Origin: Cyanobacteria bacterium P01_A01_bin.123
Lineage (GTDB): Bacteria; Cyanobacteriota; Cyanobacteriia; Phormidesmidales; Phormidesmidaceae
Direction of reading: 5' to 3'
Assembly (NCBI GenBank): GCA_039815185.1
Contig: JBCBZT010000032.1
Location: 32,290-96,289 of the forward strand
Length of the DNA: 64,000 nt
Shown here piece after piece: positions 1 to 9,415 of the stretch. The position numbers were made by a program, and so were the translations under genes. How positions within the stretch are numbered: the stretch's first letter is position 1; each line of letters starts with the position of its first letter. Below the pieces are notes generated by a model, which saw only the letters and a program-made list of their open reading frames with translations, did not search any database and was not told the DNA's origin.

Positions 1-1528
1 GCACCATTACCTGAAAAACCGTCAACGCCAGGGGAAATGCCAGCACTAGCGAATAAACATCAGAGAGTAGGGCAGAGCGCGATCGATAGTTCAGCCATGA
101 AAACACGCTGAGCTGTACCAGATAAAAGGGCACAAAGAAGTACACCAATTCTGATTCTGTTGCCCGCAGGGGAATGATGCCGAGAAACGCATAGGCCAAC
201 GGCATTAGCAGAAAGCCGACCCGGGCAATACTGCTAAACCAGTGAATTAACCCTTCAAAGTACGCCAATCGCTGAATCGGATTGAGACCGCGAATCGTGA
301 TCGGGTTGGATTTAATGAAAAAGGCTTGTAGGGTGCCTTGCTCCCAGCGAATCCGCTGTAAAGCATGGGATGCAATGTTTTCTGCGGCCAGTCCAGCGCT
401 CAATTTCTCATTCAGATAGACCAATCGATTCCCCTTAGCCGCCAACTGAATGCCGGTAAAGAAGTCTTCACTGACCGCTTCAGTCACAAAGCCGCCGACT
501 TCTTCCAAGGCAGTGCGCCGCAGGACGAAGGATGTGCCTGCACAAACAACCGCCCCAGCGCCATCTCTGACGCGCTGAATCTGTCGATAAAAGACCTCTT
601 CTTCAGGGGTCAGCACGTCTTCTAAGCCCAGATTGCGGGCGATGGGGTCGGGGTTGTAAAAGCTCTGGGGGGTTTGCACTAGGGCCACTTTGGGGTCCTG
701 AAAAAAGCCAATCGTGCGGGTGAGAAAATTCTTGGTCGGTACGAAGTCAGCATCGAATAGAACCAGCAATTCGCCGTGGGTTTGGGGAATCGCATGGTTG
801 AGGTTTCCTGCTTTGGCATGGCGGTTGTCGGGGCGGGTGAGGTATTCACAACCCAGTTCTTCTGCTAAGGCTTTGATGGCTGGACGGCGAGTATCATCTA
901 GCAAATAAACGGTTTTGGGTTCGTACTCCATTGCCTGACAGCCAATCACCGTACGCCGCAGGATGAATTCTGGCTCATCGTAGGTGGGAATCAACACATC
1001 AACCGTAGGCCGATAGGCGCCACTACTAACGGTTTGCGCCAGTTGGTCGGCGGCTTTGCGGCGATCGCGAACGCGCAGCAATAAAAATAGCTGGACAATC
1101 CCGCTAAACAGAATCAGCAATTCCAGGGAAAACAAGCCCAAACTAAAAATGCCATCCAAAGGGGTGCTGAGATTTAAGGTTGATGTGGTTCGCCAAACCA
1201 GATATCGAACGGTGAGAACTCCCAGAATGCCGACGACGATTGTGCGGGACCAGGTTTGAGGGGTGGGAGAGATCCGCATGATCACCCATACCAACACCAT
1301 CAGCGAAGCGGCCCAAGCAAGAAAGTAGTGCCCGACCATCATCGGGGTCATGGCCCAACCGGGGGGATGCTGCTGCAGATAATCCAGTTGATCAAAAATA
1401 GTCGTAATCAGACCGTTGCCGGTAAACCAGGCGATCGCGATTAAAGCTGCGATCGCTAACGTGCCAATCATCAATACCGTTGCCAGTTGGGGTCGAAACA
1501 GTCCCCGTTTGAGTTGCGCAGAAGTCAT
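1..1528 (-). CDS. Cellulose-synthase-like GT2 glycosyltransferase; 3' end runs off the window
   Basis: Manual minus-strand translation from ATG 1528 gives N-terminal TM segments, then IPTYDE, HAKAGNLN, FDADF, VQTPQ, SED and QRIRW motifs of processive GT2 enzymes. Absent from the ORF track because the stop lies outside the window. Confidence 0.88.
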   Translation of the reverse strand, partial: MTSAQLKRGLFRPQLATVLMIGTLAIAALIAIAWFTGNGLITTIFDQLDYLQQHPPGWAMTPMMVGHYFLAWAASLMVLVWVIMRISPTPQTWSRTIVVGILGVLTVRYLVWRTTSTLNLSTPLDGIFSLGLFSLELLILFSGIVQLFLLLRVRDRRKAADQLAQTVSSGAYRPTVDVLIPTYDEPEFILRRTVIGCQAMEYEPKTVYLLDDTRRPAIKALAEELGCEYLTRPDNRHAKAGNLNHAIPQTHGELLVLFDADFVPTKNFLTRTIGFFQDPKVALVQTPQSFYNPDPIARNLGLEDVLTPEEEVFYRQIQRVRDGAGAVVCAGTSFVLRRTALEEVGGFVTEAVSEDFFTGIQLAAKGNRLVYLNEKLSAGLAAENIASHALQRIRWEQGTLQAFFIKSNPITIRGLNPIQRLAYFEGLIHWFSSIARVGFLLMPLAYAFLGIIPLRATESELVYFFVPFYLVQLSVFSWLNYRSRSALLSDVYSLVLAFPLALTVFQVMV

Positions 1529-2003
1529 AGGCGGAGATGGGGTTTACGACAGTTCGAAGATCAGCCCCAGGTAGGTGCTGGCTCTAGTTTACTTTCGCAG
1601 TACTCTTTAAATTCTGCTTGAGATATTTCTGATAACTGACTGAGAAATATCCTCCAGGCCATAGAAGCCAGCAATGGGTGTGGGTATTTTGTGCAGAGCC
1701 GATTCCATCCTCTTAGGAAAGGATGAAAATTGGCTGAGAAAGACATGAGAGGCGGGCTTATGGGATGGACTGTATTAGAAAAGCGCGCTGTCACCTATTG
1801 TCTGAATTTGCGGCTAACGGCGGCAGTCAACTTCAAATTGGCGCATAGTAGGGATTGAGATCTGTCTCTGCGATTTAATAGCAGTCGTTAGTTCTATTTA
1901 AGACATGACTGCGAACCAGATTGCTTGTGGACTCAGCATCCCAGCGATACTCGGTGCATTAAGCAAGCTGGCCAGCGTTATATTCCTATTTCAATTAGAC
2001 TTG

Positions 2004-2342
2004 ATGGCTAAATCAATTTCCGTGACATCAGTGCCCGTTGAAGATGGGTTCCATGCCCTAGCCGATCCGCTGCGGGTGCAAGTGATTGAACTCCTGCGGG
2101 ACCATGAACTGTGTGTTTGTGATCTCTGCGATCGCCTTGATGTCCGCCAATCCAAGCTTTCATTCCACCTGAAAACCCTAAAAGCTGCCGACTTAATTCG
2201 CGGACGGCAGCAGGGGCGATGGATTTACTACAGCTTAAATTTGCCGCAGTTTGCGGTGCTAGAGCAGTATTTATCAGAGTTCCGCCGATTGAGCCCCATG
2301 CTGCCTGCCCGAATTTGCCCTGAGGATGAACCTTCTGAATAA
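2004..2342 (+). CDS. arsR: ArsR/SmtB family repressor (arsenic-type, ELCVCDL)
   Basis: FHALADPLR...ELCVCDL...SKLSFHLKTL HTH; likely start ATG 2004 within ORF 1905..2342. Confidence 0.9.
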   Translation: MAKSISVTSVPVEDGFHALADPLRVQVIELLRDHELCVCDLCDRLDVRQSKLSFHLKTLKAADLIRGRQQGRWIYYSLNLPQFAVLEQYLSEFRRLSPMLPARICPEDEPSE

Positions 2343-2366
2343 GAGTTGTGTTCCATAAAACCGCAC

Positions 2367-2386
2367 AAATCAACTTTTTTTGATTT
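2367..2386. promoter_or_regulatory. ArsR operator-like palindrome AAATCAA-N6-TTGATTT
   Basis: Inverted repeat between arsR and gap; resembles the ATCAA-N6-TTGAT cyanobacterial ars operator. Confidence 0.65.
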
Positions 2387-2424
2387 AATGATTGTCATAG
2401 GTACCTATACCCATCGGGCTGACT

Positions 2425-3447
2425 ATGACAGAAATTGGGACAAAAGTTGCAATCAATGGCTTTGGCAGAATTGGCCGGTTAGTCTTGCGAGCCGCTTGGC
2501 ACTGGCCAGAATTAGACTTCGTCCACATCAACGAAATTAAAGGCGGTACCGCTGCAGCAGCGCACCTGCTCAAGTTTGACTCTGTCCACGGTCGCTGGGC
2601 ACCTGAAGTCGAAGCGGCAGGGAGCGATCGCGTGCTGATTGACGGTTCACCCCTTGGCTTTAGCGAGTACGCCACGCCTGGGGATGTGCCCTGGGATGAC
2701 CTGGGTGTGGATCTCGTGCTGGAATGTTCCGGCAAGTTTCGGACGCCAGAATTGCTGGATCCCTACTTCAAGCGGGGGGTACAAAAGGTGATTGTGGCGG
2801 CACCCGTTAAACAAGGTGCTCTGAATATTGTCTATGGCATTAACGATCATCTCTACAATCCAGCTGAACACCGCCTGTTAACTGCAGCCTCCTGCACTAC
2901 TAACTGTCTAGCCCCGGTGGTCAAGGTCATCCACGAAGGGCTGGGGATTAAGCATGGGGTGATCACCACCATTCATGACAACACCAACACCCAAACCATC
3001 GTCGATGCGCCCCATAAAGATTTGCGGCGGGCACGGGCGACCAGCTTGTCTCTCATTCCTACGACGACGGGGTCGGCGACAGCCATTGGTCTGATTTATC
3101 CCGAACTCAATGGCAAGCTCAACGGTCTGGCCGTGCGGGTGCCGTTGTTGAATGCATCGTTGACGGATTGCGTGTTTGAAGTTGAGCGTTCAACGACGGT
3201 TGAAGAAGTCAATCAACTGCTGAAGACAGCGGCTGACGAGGAGTTAAACGGCATTCTGGGTTACGAAGAACGTCCCTTGGTTTCTATTGACTACAAGGAT
3301 GATCCGCGTTCATCCATTATCGACGCCCTGTCCACGATGGTGGTTGACGGCACCCAGGTGAAGGTTTTGGCCTGGTATGACAACGAATGGGGCTATGCCA
3401 ATCGGATGGCAGAACTGGCTAAGAAAGTTGCGATTTCACTGGCGTAA
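2425..3447 (+). CDS. gap: ArsJ-associated glyceraldehyde-3-phosphate dehydrogenase
   Basis: [23 protein letters not shown]; directly upstream of arsJ. Confidence 0.95.
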   Translation: MTEIGTKVAINGFGRIGRLVLRAAWHWPELDFVHINEIKGGTAAAAHLLKFDSVHGRWAPEVEAAGSDRVLIDGSPLGFSEYATPGDVPWDDLGVDLVLECSGKFRTPELLDPYFKRGVQKVIVAAPVKQGALNIVYGINDHLYNPAEHRLLTAASCTTNCLAPVVKVIHEGLGIKHGVITTIHDNTNTQTIVDAPHKDLRRARATSLSLIPTTTGSATAIGLIYPELNGKLNGLAVRVPLLNASLTDCVFEVERSTTVEEVNQLLKTAADEELNGILGYEERPLVSIDYKDDPRSSIIDALSTMVVDGTQVKVLAWYDNEWGYANRMAELAKKVAISLA

Positions 3448-3464
3448 TTCAATCAGGAAAAACA

Positions 3465-4718
3465 ATGACCTCTTCTACCACCTTTGATCAAGCTGGGGTT
3501 CGCAACTATGCCCTGGTTACTGCTGCCTACTGGGGATTTACTGTCACTGATGGTGCCCTGCGAATGTTGGTGCTGCTCTATTTCCATACCTTGGGCTATA
3601 CGCCGTTGGAAGTGGCGATGCTGTTTTTGTTCTACGAAATCTTTGGCATTGTCACGAACCTCTTGGGCGGTTGGATTGGAGCCCGCTTTGGGGTAAAGCT
3701 AACGCTTTATGGCGGTATTGCCCTGCAAATCGGGGCGTTGTTAATGATGACGCCGGTCAATGAAACCTGGGCGATCGCGATTGCAGTCCCCTATGTGATG
3801 CTGGCCCAGGCGATTTCAGGGATTGCCAAAGACCTAACCAAGATGAGTTCTAAAAGCGCCATTCGATTGGTGATTCCCCAAGAGGCGCAGTCATCACTTT
3901 TCAAGTGGGTGGCGATTCTCACGGGGTCCAAAAATGCCCTCAAAGGGGTGGGCTTTTTCCTCGGCAGTTTGCTGTTAGCGGTGTTTGGTTATGTCAATGC
4001 CTTGTTAATTATGGCTGCTGCATTATTCCTCATCCTGCTTTCAAGTCCTTTATTGCCATCAGGCATGGGCAAACTCAAGGCTAAGGTGAAATTTCGCCAG
4101 ATCTTTTCTAAGAGTCAGGCGATCAACATTTTGTCGGCAGCGCGCTTCTTCCTGTTCGGGGCACGGGATGTGTGGTTTGTGGTCGGGTTACCCGTGTTTC
4201 TCTACGGCGGTTTGAACTGGTCGTTTGAACAGGTGGGTGGATTTCTGGCGATTTGGGTGATTGGCTACGGTATTGTTCAGTCCATGGCCCCAACCTTACT
4301 GAGACGATTTGGTTCAGGGCGACCCCCCCAGGCTGGCACCATTCGGTTTTGGACCGGGGTGTTGACGGCGATTCCAGTCGCGATCGCGATCGCGCTCCAA
4401 GCTCAATTCCCCCCCGGACAAACCATTGTGGTGGGTCTGATGATTTTTGGCGTTGTCTTTGCCTTCAATTCAGCCGTGCATTCTTACCTGGTCTTGGCCT
4501 ACACCGAAGACGATCAGGTCTCATTAAATGTCGGCTTCTACTACATGGCTAATTCAGGAGGGAGGTTAGCCGGAACAGTATTGTCGGGGTTAATTTTCCA
4601 GCTTTTTGGATTGGTGGGATGTTTGTGGACGTCAGCGGTGTTTGTGCTGTTAGCCGCGTTGGTGACCTTAAAGTTGCCCAATCCCCGACTGCCTAGGGCT
4701 GAAGTAGGGGGTGTTTAA
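3465..4718 (+). CDS. arsJ: Organoarsenical (1-arseno-3-phosphoglycerate) efflux MFS transporter
   Basis: YWGFTVTDGALRMLVL, KDLTKMSSKSAI, LTGSKNALKG and ARFFLFGARDVW signatures; gap-arsJ pairing. Confidence 0.92.
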   Translation: MTSSTTFDQAGVRNYALVTAAYWGFTVTDGALRMLVLLYFHTLGYTPLEVAMLFLFYEIFGIVTNLLGGWIGARFGVKLTLYGGIALQIGALLMMTPVNETWAIAIAVPYVMLAQAISGIAKDLTKMSSKSAIRLVIPQEAQSSLFKWVAILTGSKNALKGVGFFLGSLLLAVFGYVNALLIMAAALFLILLSSPLLPSGMGKLKAKVKFRQIFSKSQAINILSAARFFLFGARDVWFVVGLPVFLYGGLNWSFEQVGGFLAIWVIGYGIVQSMAPTLLRRFGSGRPPQAGTIRFWTGVLTAIPVAIAIALQAQFPPGQTIVVGLMIFGVVFAFNSAVHSYLVLAYTEDDQVSLNVGFYYMANSGGRLAGTVLSGLIFQLFGLVGCLWTSAVFVLLAALVTLKLPNPRLPRAEVGGV

Positions 4719-4854
4719 CCAGAGGACCGCGATCGCCTGTTCGTAGACTGTCGAGGTGCTTAGCACCAGAACATCATCTTCACCGCCAAGCCCCCACGTT
4801 AGAATGGTTGCTCAACTAGACATTTTTTGGGCATCTTTGGGGCATTTTTGGGCT

Positions 4855-5472
4855 ATGGCGAACCTCAAGCGAACCCGTGAGGACATTTTAGAAGCCGTTA
4901 TTGATACCGTCCATCGCCAAGGCTTGACGGCAACCAAGTTGAGTGAACTTTTTCATCTGAGTGGCGCCTCTGCCGGTAGCTTCTATAACTACTTTGACTC
5001 TAAACAAGAACTCGGCCATGCCCTAATCGACTGGGAGTGGAAACTGCTACAACAGCAAGTTCTAGAACCGTCTGCGGAATTGTCTTCGACCCCCATCGCG
5101 CAAATCTTCTGGATCTTGGATGCCTTAGAAGCAAAACAACGCCGTGATCCCTTTTGTGGCGGTTGTTTGCTCGGTAATTTGGTGGTTGACCTGGTGGAGC
5201 AGGACGCCACCTTTCGTGATCATCTGATGAGAATCTTTAATCGTTGGGAAGGCGCGATCGCCCAAATTCTACGCCAGGGTAAATCCGAGCTATGCCCTGG
5301 AGCCGATCCCGACATCCTGGCTGAACAAATTATGACGGTCGTCGAGGGAGCCATGCTGATGGGTAAACTGCACCGCGACTCAAACCGCCTCAAGCGCAAT
5401 TTCGACATCGCCCGGCAACTCGTCAAACAAGCCCTGAAATCACCCCTAATCCCCCCGTCCCCTGGCATTTAG
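4855..5472 (+). CDS. TetR/AcrR family regulator
   Basis: HTH with GSFYNYFDSKQEL and C-terminal GCLLGNL; likely start ATG 4855. Confidence 0.9.
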   Translation: MANLKRTREDILEAVIDTVHRQGLTATKLSELFHLSGASAGSFYNYFDSKQELGHALIDWEWKLLQQQVLEPSAELSSTPIAQIFWILDALEAKQRRDPFCGGCLLGNLVVDLVEQDATFRDHLMRIFNRWEGAIAQILRQGKSELCPGADPDILAEQIMTVVEGAMLMGKLHRDSNRLKRNFDIARQLVKQALKSPLIPPSPGI

Positions 5473-5552
5473 AGTAAGCATTCTAATAAAAGTCATGAAA
5501 CCTAGATTTCCCAAAGGGGAATCTCCTGATTAAGATAGAGTGAGTATTCTAA
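5469..5552. promoter_or_regulatory. Two copies of an 18-bp TTAGAR-N6-YTCTAA palindrome, candidate TetR operators
   Basis: TTAGAGTAAGCATTCTAA at 5469-5486 and ATAGAGTGAGTATTCTAA at 5535-5552; related copies at 4799-4816 and 7533-7550. Confidence 0.6.
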
Positions 5553-5566
5553 TCAAGGGGATTGTG

Positions 5567-6112
5567 ATGTCTGACGCTACAACAGCCACCGCTCAAGTTA
5601 ATGTGCCTTTAACCCCCATTCCCGCAGAGCAGCTTAAGGAATTGGGCGAGAACAATCGGGCCAATCAAGCAGACAAGACGCTGCGCGTTAAAACGGTGTG
5701 CGATCGCAAGTTCCGCAGCCTCAACTACGCCCGTGATCTTGATCCCTTCGTGATTGACGAGCCCCCGGTTTTACTGGGCGACAACACCGCACCCAACCCG
5801 TCTGAAATTGTCCTAGGGGCGTTTGGCTCTTGCCTGGTCGTGGGCATTCAGGCAAATGCTGCGGCTCGAGGCATTGCCTTGACTAAGCTAGAAATTGCCC
5901 TAGAAGGGGACATCAATATTACCAGCACCTGGGGTACGGGCGAGTTGGCTAAACCGCAAATTGGCTTTACCGATGTGCGGGTCAAAGTTGAGATTGAAGG
6001 GGATGCGCCCCAGGATGTCCTAGAAGAAATGGTGGCCCATGCCAACGAGTGGTCCCCTGTGTCGGCAACCCTACAAAACCCAATGCCTGTCTCCGTTGAG
6101 ATGGTCAAGTGA
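5567..6112 (+). CDS. OsmC/Ohr-like family protein
   Basis: DEPPVLLGDNTAPNPSE..LGAFGSCL and SPVSATLQNP motifs; single-Cys variant. Confidence 0.85.
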   Translation: MSDATTATAQVNVPLTPIPAEQLKELGENNRANQADKTLRVKTVCDRKFRSLNYARDLDPFVIDEPPVLLGDNTAPNPSEIVLGAFGSCLVVGIQANAAARGIALTKLEIALEGDINITSTWGTGELAKPQIGFTDVRVKVEIEGDAPQDVLEEMVAHANEWSPVSATLQNPMPVSVEMVK

Positions 6113-6186
6113 GCCGGTGAGGTAGGGATTTTAACAAACGTGAAGTTGAACGACCGTTAAAGTACCAAGAGAGGAAACTTCGTTAT

Positions 6187-6220
6187 CCCGATTCCCTCTC
6201 CTGCCCGATTCCCCCTCCTG
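6187..6220. repeat. 17-bp tandem direct repeat (CCCGATTCCCYCTCCTG x2)
   Basis: Two adjacent copies with one mismatch in the intergenic region. Confidence 0.7.
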
Positions 6221-6342
6221 TTAAAGGCTTTCCGTCAAATCCAGACCCTTTGTTTTTTGTGGACACGCTCAGGACTCATCCTGGGTTGAGTGGTCATAGA
6301 CATGTCCATCGCAACCGTTTAATTCTTCTAATCCTATTTTGA

Positions 6343-7500
6343 GTGATGCAGACTTTATCAAAAACCATTGCAGCCCCAACCCAGACAGCATCGACCGCTA
6401 ATCGGGCAACTGCGGCCCTCGCGATCGCAGCCATTCGTGGCGTCGCCCAGGAAAAGCTGGCCCCTAAAGTGCAAGATATCGATCTAAAGGGAGAATACCC
6501 TGCTGACATCATGCATGCCTTGGGTGACGTTTGTGCCTTTGCCCACGCGGTTTCTCCTGATTATGCGGGGACAGGGTTGGGTTTAAAGTCTGCCCTGCAA
6601 AGTATTGAGGAAATTTCAAAGGTTTGCATGTCCACCGGGTTTATTGCCTGGTGTCAAATTGCCTGCACTTGGTATTTGCAAAATACTGAGAATCAAGCCT
6701 TGCGAGAATCACTATTGCCCGCGATCGCGACGGGGCGTCAACTGGCGGGGACAGGGTTGTCCAACCCGATGAAACACTTTGCCGACATTGAAAAAATTGC
6801 CCTCACCGCAGAACGGGTTGAGGGGGGCTATCGGGTGAATGGACTGTTGCCCTGGGTGTCTAATTTGGGGCCGGGTCATGCCTTTGGCATTGCCGCCAAG
6901 CAAGCGGATAGCGACGGTTATTTGATGGCGTTAGTTTCCGATGATTTACCGGGGATGACGTTGCGTTGCAACGCCCACTTTATTGCCCTAGAAGGGACTG
7001 GCACCTATAGTTGCGTTTTCCGAGATGTGTTTGTGCCTGATCAGATGGTGCTAGCTGCACCCTGTGATACCTATGTTGACGCCATTCGACCGGGGTTTAT
7101 TCTGACCCAGGTGGGCATGGGGTTAGGGCTTACGGCTAGCTGTATTGAGCTGATGACTCGGTCGAACAAACGACTGGGCCATGTGAATCAGTTTTTGGAG
7201 GATCAAGCCGGCGACATTCAGGCTGATTTAGACATGGCCCGCGATCGCGCTTACGCCTTAGCCGATCAGCTTGATCAACGCCAGGAACCTGTTGATCGCC
7301 AACTGATGCGCGACGTCGTTCAGTCCCGCATTACCGCAGCTGAGCTTTCCCTCAGATCTTCACAGGCTGCCATGCTCCACGCCGGGGCAAGGGCTTACGT
7401 CCACGGCAGCGCCCCAGAACGCAAACTGCGAGAAGCCTATTTTGTGGCCATTGTCACCCCTGCACTGAAGCATCTCAAAAAGATGCTAGCGGCGATGTAA
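6343..7500 (+). CDS. Acyl-CoA dehydrogenase family flavoprotein
   Basis: IEEISKVCMSTGF, GTGLSNPMK, NGLLPWVSN, LHAGARAY...ERKLREAYF. Confidence 0.85.
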   Translation: MMQTLSKTIAAPTQTASTANRATAALAIAAIRGVAQEKLAPKVQDIDLKGEYPADIMHALGDVCAFAHAVSPDYAGTGLGLKSALQSIEEISKVCMSTGFIAWCQIACTWYLQNTENQALRESLLPAIATGRQLAGTGLSNPMKHFADIEKIALTAERVEGGYRVNGLLPWVSNLGPGHAFGIAAKQADSDGYLMALVSDDLPGMTLRCNAHFIALEGTGTYSCVFRDVFVPDQMVLAAPCDTYVDAIRPGFILTQVGMGLGLTASCIELMTRSNKRLGHVNQFLEDQAGDIQADLDMARDRAYALADQLDQRQEPVDRQLMRDVVQSRITAAELSLRSSQAAMLHAGARAYVHGSAPERKLREAYFVAIVTPALKHLKKMLAAM

Positions 7501-7672
7501 CGCTCAGCAGTATCTGGAATCACAAAATTCTTTTAGAAGAACCGTTCTAATAGGCAAAGTTGAGCTAACTTATGATTTTTGATTAACAAGTAGATTGGCA
7601 TTGGTCAAAAACGGCGTAGACTCAGCGATGTCACAATGCAGTCACAGTCAGCTTAGAAGGCGATAGAGACCT

Positions 7673-9298
7673 ATGGTTTTGGTTTCAGGGCAAAATCCAA
7701 ATCGGCAATGGCGCAATCTCTCCTGTCAGCAGGGTGAGCTGGATAGTTTATCCCTACGATGTTCGATTTGCGGTAATTTTCACCCCACCCAAGATCACTG
7801 GCAGTTTATGGCTGAAATGCCTCAAAAACCAGCCGATTTGATCGATGATTTGGTTAAAATGCGGTTCTATCAGCCCCAGGCCCTTGATGTGGCATCGGCT
7901 ATCAGTCAAGCTGAGTTGCGGACAGCCTTATTTGTCAAGATGGCCTCCCAAGGCAACCCTAAGCGCGAGCGCCTGGTTCAGGAATTGATCCGACTGGCCG
8001 GGGGCCTAGATGAAGCCTTTGCTGCCGCATTTGGTCCCCAAGCTGGACGCTTCTTTACCGATGCCCAACGGGTGGGTGAGTTTACCCGACGCAAGTTTTT
8101 GCAAAACGTGGCTATTGGTGCGGCATTGGTGTCGTTGGCGAACTGCGCCCAGCGGCCTGCGTCCGAAGAACCCGCTGCAGAGACTCCACCCCCAGAAACG
8201 CCCCTAGCAGATCTAGAGAAAACTGACCTCAAGATCGCCTTTTTACCTATCACCTGCGCCACGCCGATCATCATGTCCGATCCGTTGGGCTTCTATGACA
8301 AGCATGGATTGAATGTGACGTTAATGAAGTATGCCAGTTGGTCGGTGGTGCGGGACGCCGCGATCGCTGGCGAACTTGATGCCTATCACATGCTGGCCCC
8401 CATGCCGATTGCCATGTCCTTGGGGTTGGGGTCGTCACCATTTCCGGTCAAGCTGGCCAGCATTGAAAACAACAATGGTCAGGGCATTGCCGTGGCCAAA
8501 AAGCACTTGGGCAACGTGAATGGCCCAGCGGACTTCAAGGGCTTTACGATTGGCATTCCCTACGATTATTCCAACCACAACCTACTGTTGCGCTACTACC
8601 TCGCTTCTGGCGGTCTTGACCCCGACAATGACGTCAAGCTATTGATTTTGCCGCCCCCCGATGCGATCGCCAAGATGTCTACCGGGCAAATCGACGCCTT
8701 TATTCTGCCGGACAACTTTACCCAGCGTGTGGTTCACGACGATATTGGGTTTATCCATCTCCTCACGAAGGATCTGTGGGCGGGTCATCCCTGCTGTGCC
8801 TTTGTGGCGGGCCAGCCCTGGATTGACGAAAATCCCAACACCTTCCGGGCCTTAAACAAAGCCATTATTGATGGGGCCACCTACGCTAACGATCCTGCCA
8901 ATCGGAAAGAAATCGCCGCTGCGATCGCGCCCCGTGAGTACCTCAACCAACCCGTTGAAGTCCTCGAAGCCGTCATGACCGGAAACTTCGAAGATGGCCA
9001 GGGCAATTCCTTTGAAATTCCCGATCGGATTTACTTCGATCCTTACCCTTGGAAGAGTTTTGCCAGCTGGATTTCGACCCAACTGGTGCGCTGGGACTAC
9101 ATGCCCACCGATAAGGCCAACTACGATGACATTGGCAATCAAATCTTCCTGACCGACTTGGCCCGCGAATTGGCTGAAGAATTGGGGGCAGATGCGCCTG
9201 ACGATCTATCTCGCGTCGAAGAACTCCAGTTCGGCAGTTTTGACCCCGACAGTCCCGATGACTACCTGAAGGAGCAAATCGATCAATTTGGCGTCTAG
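7673..9298 (+). CDS. CmpA/NrtA-family ABC substrate-binding lipoprotein with long N-terminal extension
   Basis: LKIAFLPITCATPIIM, DAYHMLAPMP, WAGHPCC, FDPYPWKS; internal TRRKFL...LANC signal. Start codon uncertain. Confidence 0.85.
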   Translation: MVLVSGQNPNRQWRNLSCQQGELDSLSLRCSICGNFHPTQDHWQFMAEMPQKPADLIDDLVKMRFYQPQALDVASAISQAELRTALFVKMASQGNPKRERLVQELIRLAGGLDEAFAAAFGPQAGRFFTDAQRVGEFTRRKFLQNVAIGAALVSLANCAQRPASEEPAAETPPPETPLADLEKTDLKIAFLPITCATPIIMSDPLGFYDKHGLNVTLMKYASWSVVRDAAIAGELDAYHMLAPMPIAMSLGLGSSPFPVKLASIENNNGQGIAVAKKHLGNVNGPADFKGFTIGIPYDYSNHNLLLRYYLASGGLDPDNDVKLLILPPPDAIAKMSTGQIDAFILPDNFTQRVVHDDIGFIHLLTKDLWAGHPCCAFVAGQPWIDENPNTFRALNKAIIDGATYANDPANRKEIAAAIAPREYLNQPVEVLEAVMTGNFEDGQGNSFEIPDRIYFDPYPWKSFASWISTQLVRWDYMPTDKANYDDIGNQIFLTDLARELAEELGADAPDDLSRVEELQFGSFDPDSPDDYLKEQIDQFGV

Positions 9299-9415
9299 CG
9301 TGTGGCTTGAGACAACGGCGATCGCAGCTTGCAGCAGCTCCTACTTTTGAGATCAGGCCTGCCGGGTATACAATCAAAAAAATCTGTCACCAGTGCCCTC
9401 TATCCATGAGAGACC

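Noticed and set aside
1561..1794. 77-aa minus-strand ORF upstream of the GT2 gene
   Set aside because: No recognisable motif or clear RBS; may be intergenic
6113..6342. 230-bp gap before the acyl-CoA dehydrogenase as a riboswitch
   Set aside because: Only a 17-bp direct repeat is visible; no aptamer consensus recognised
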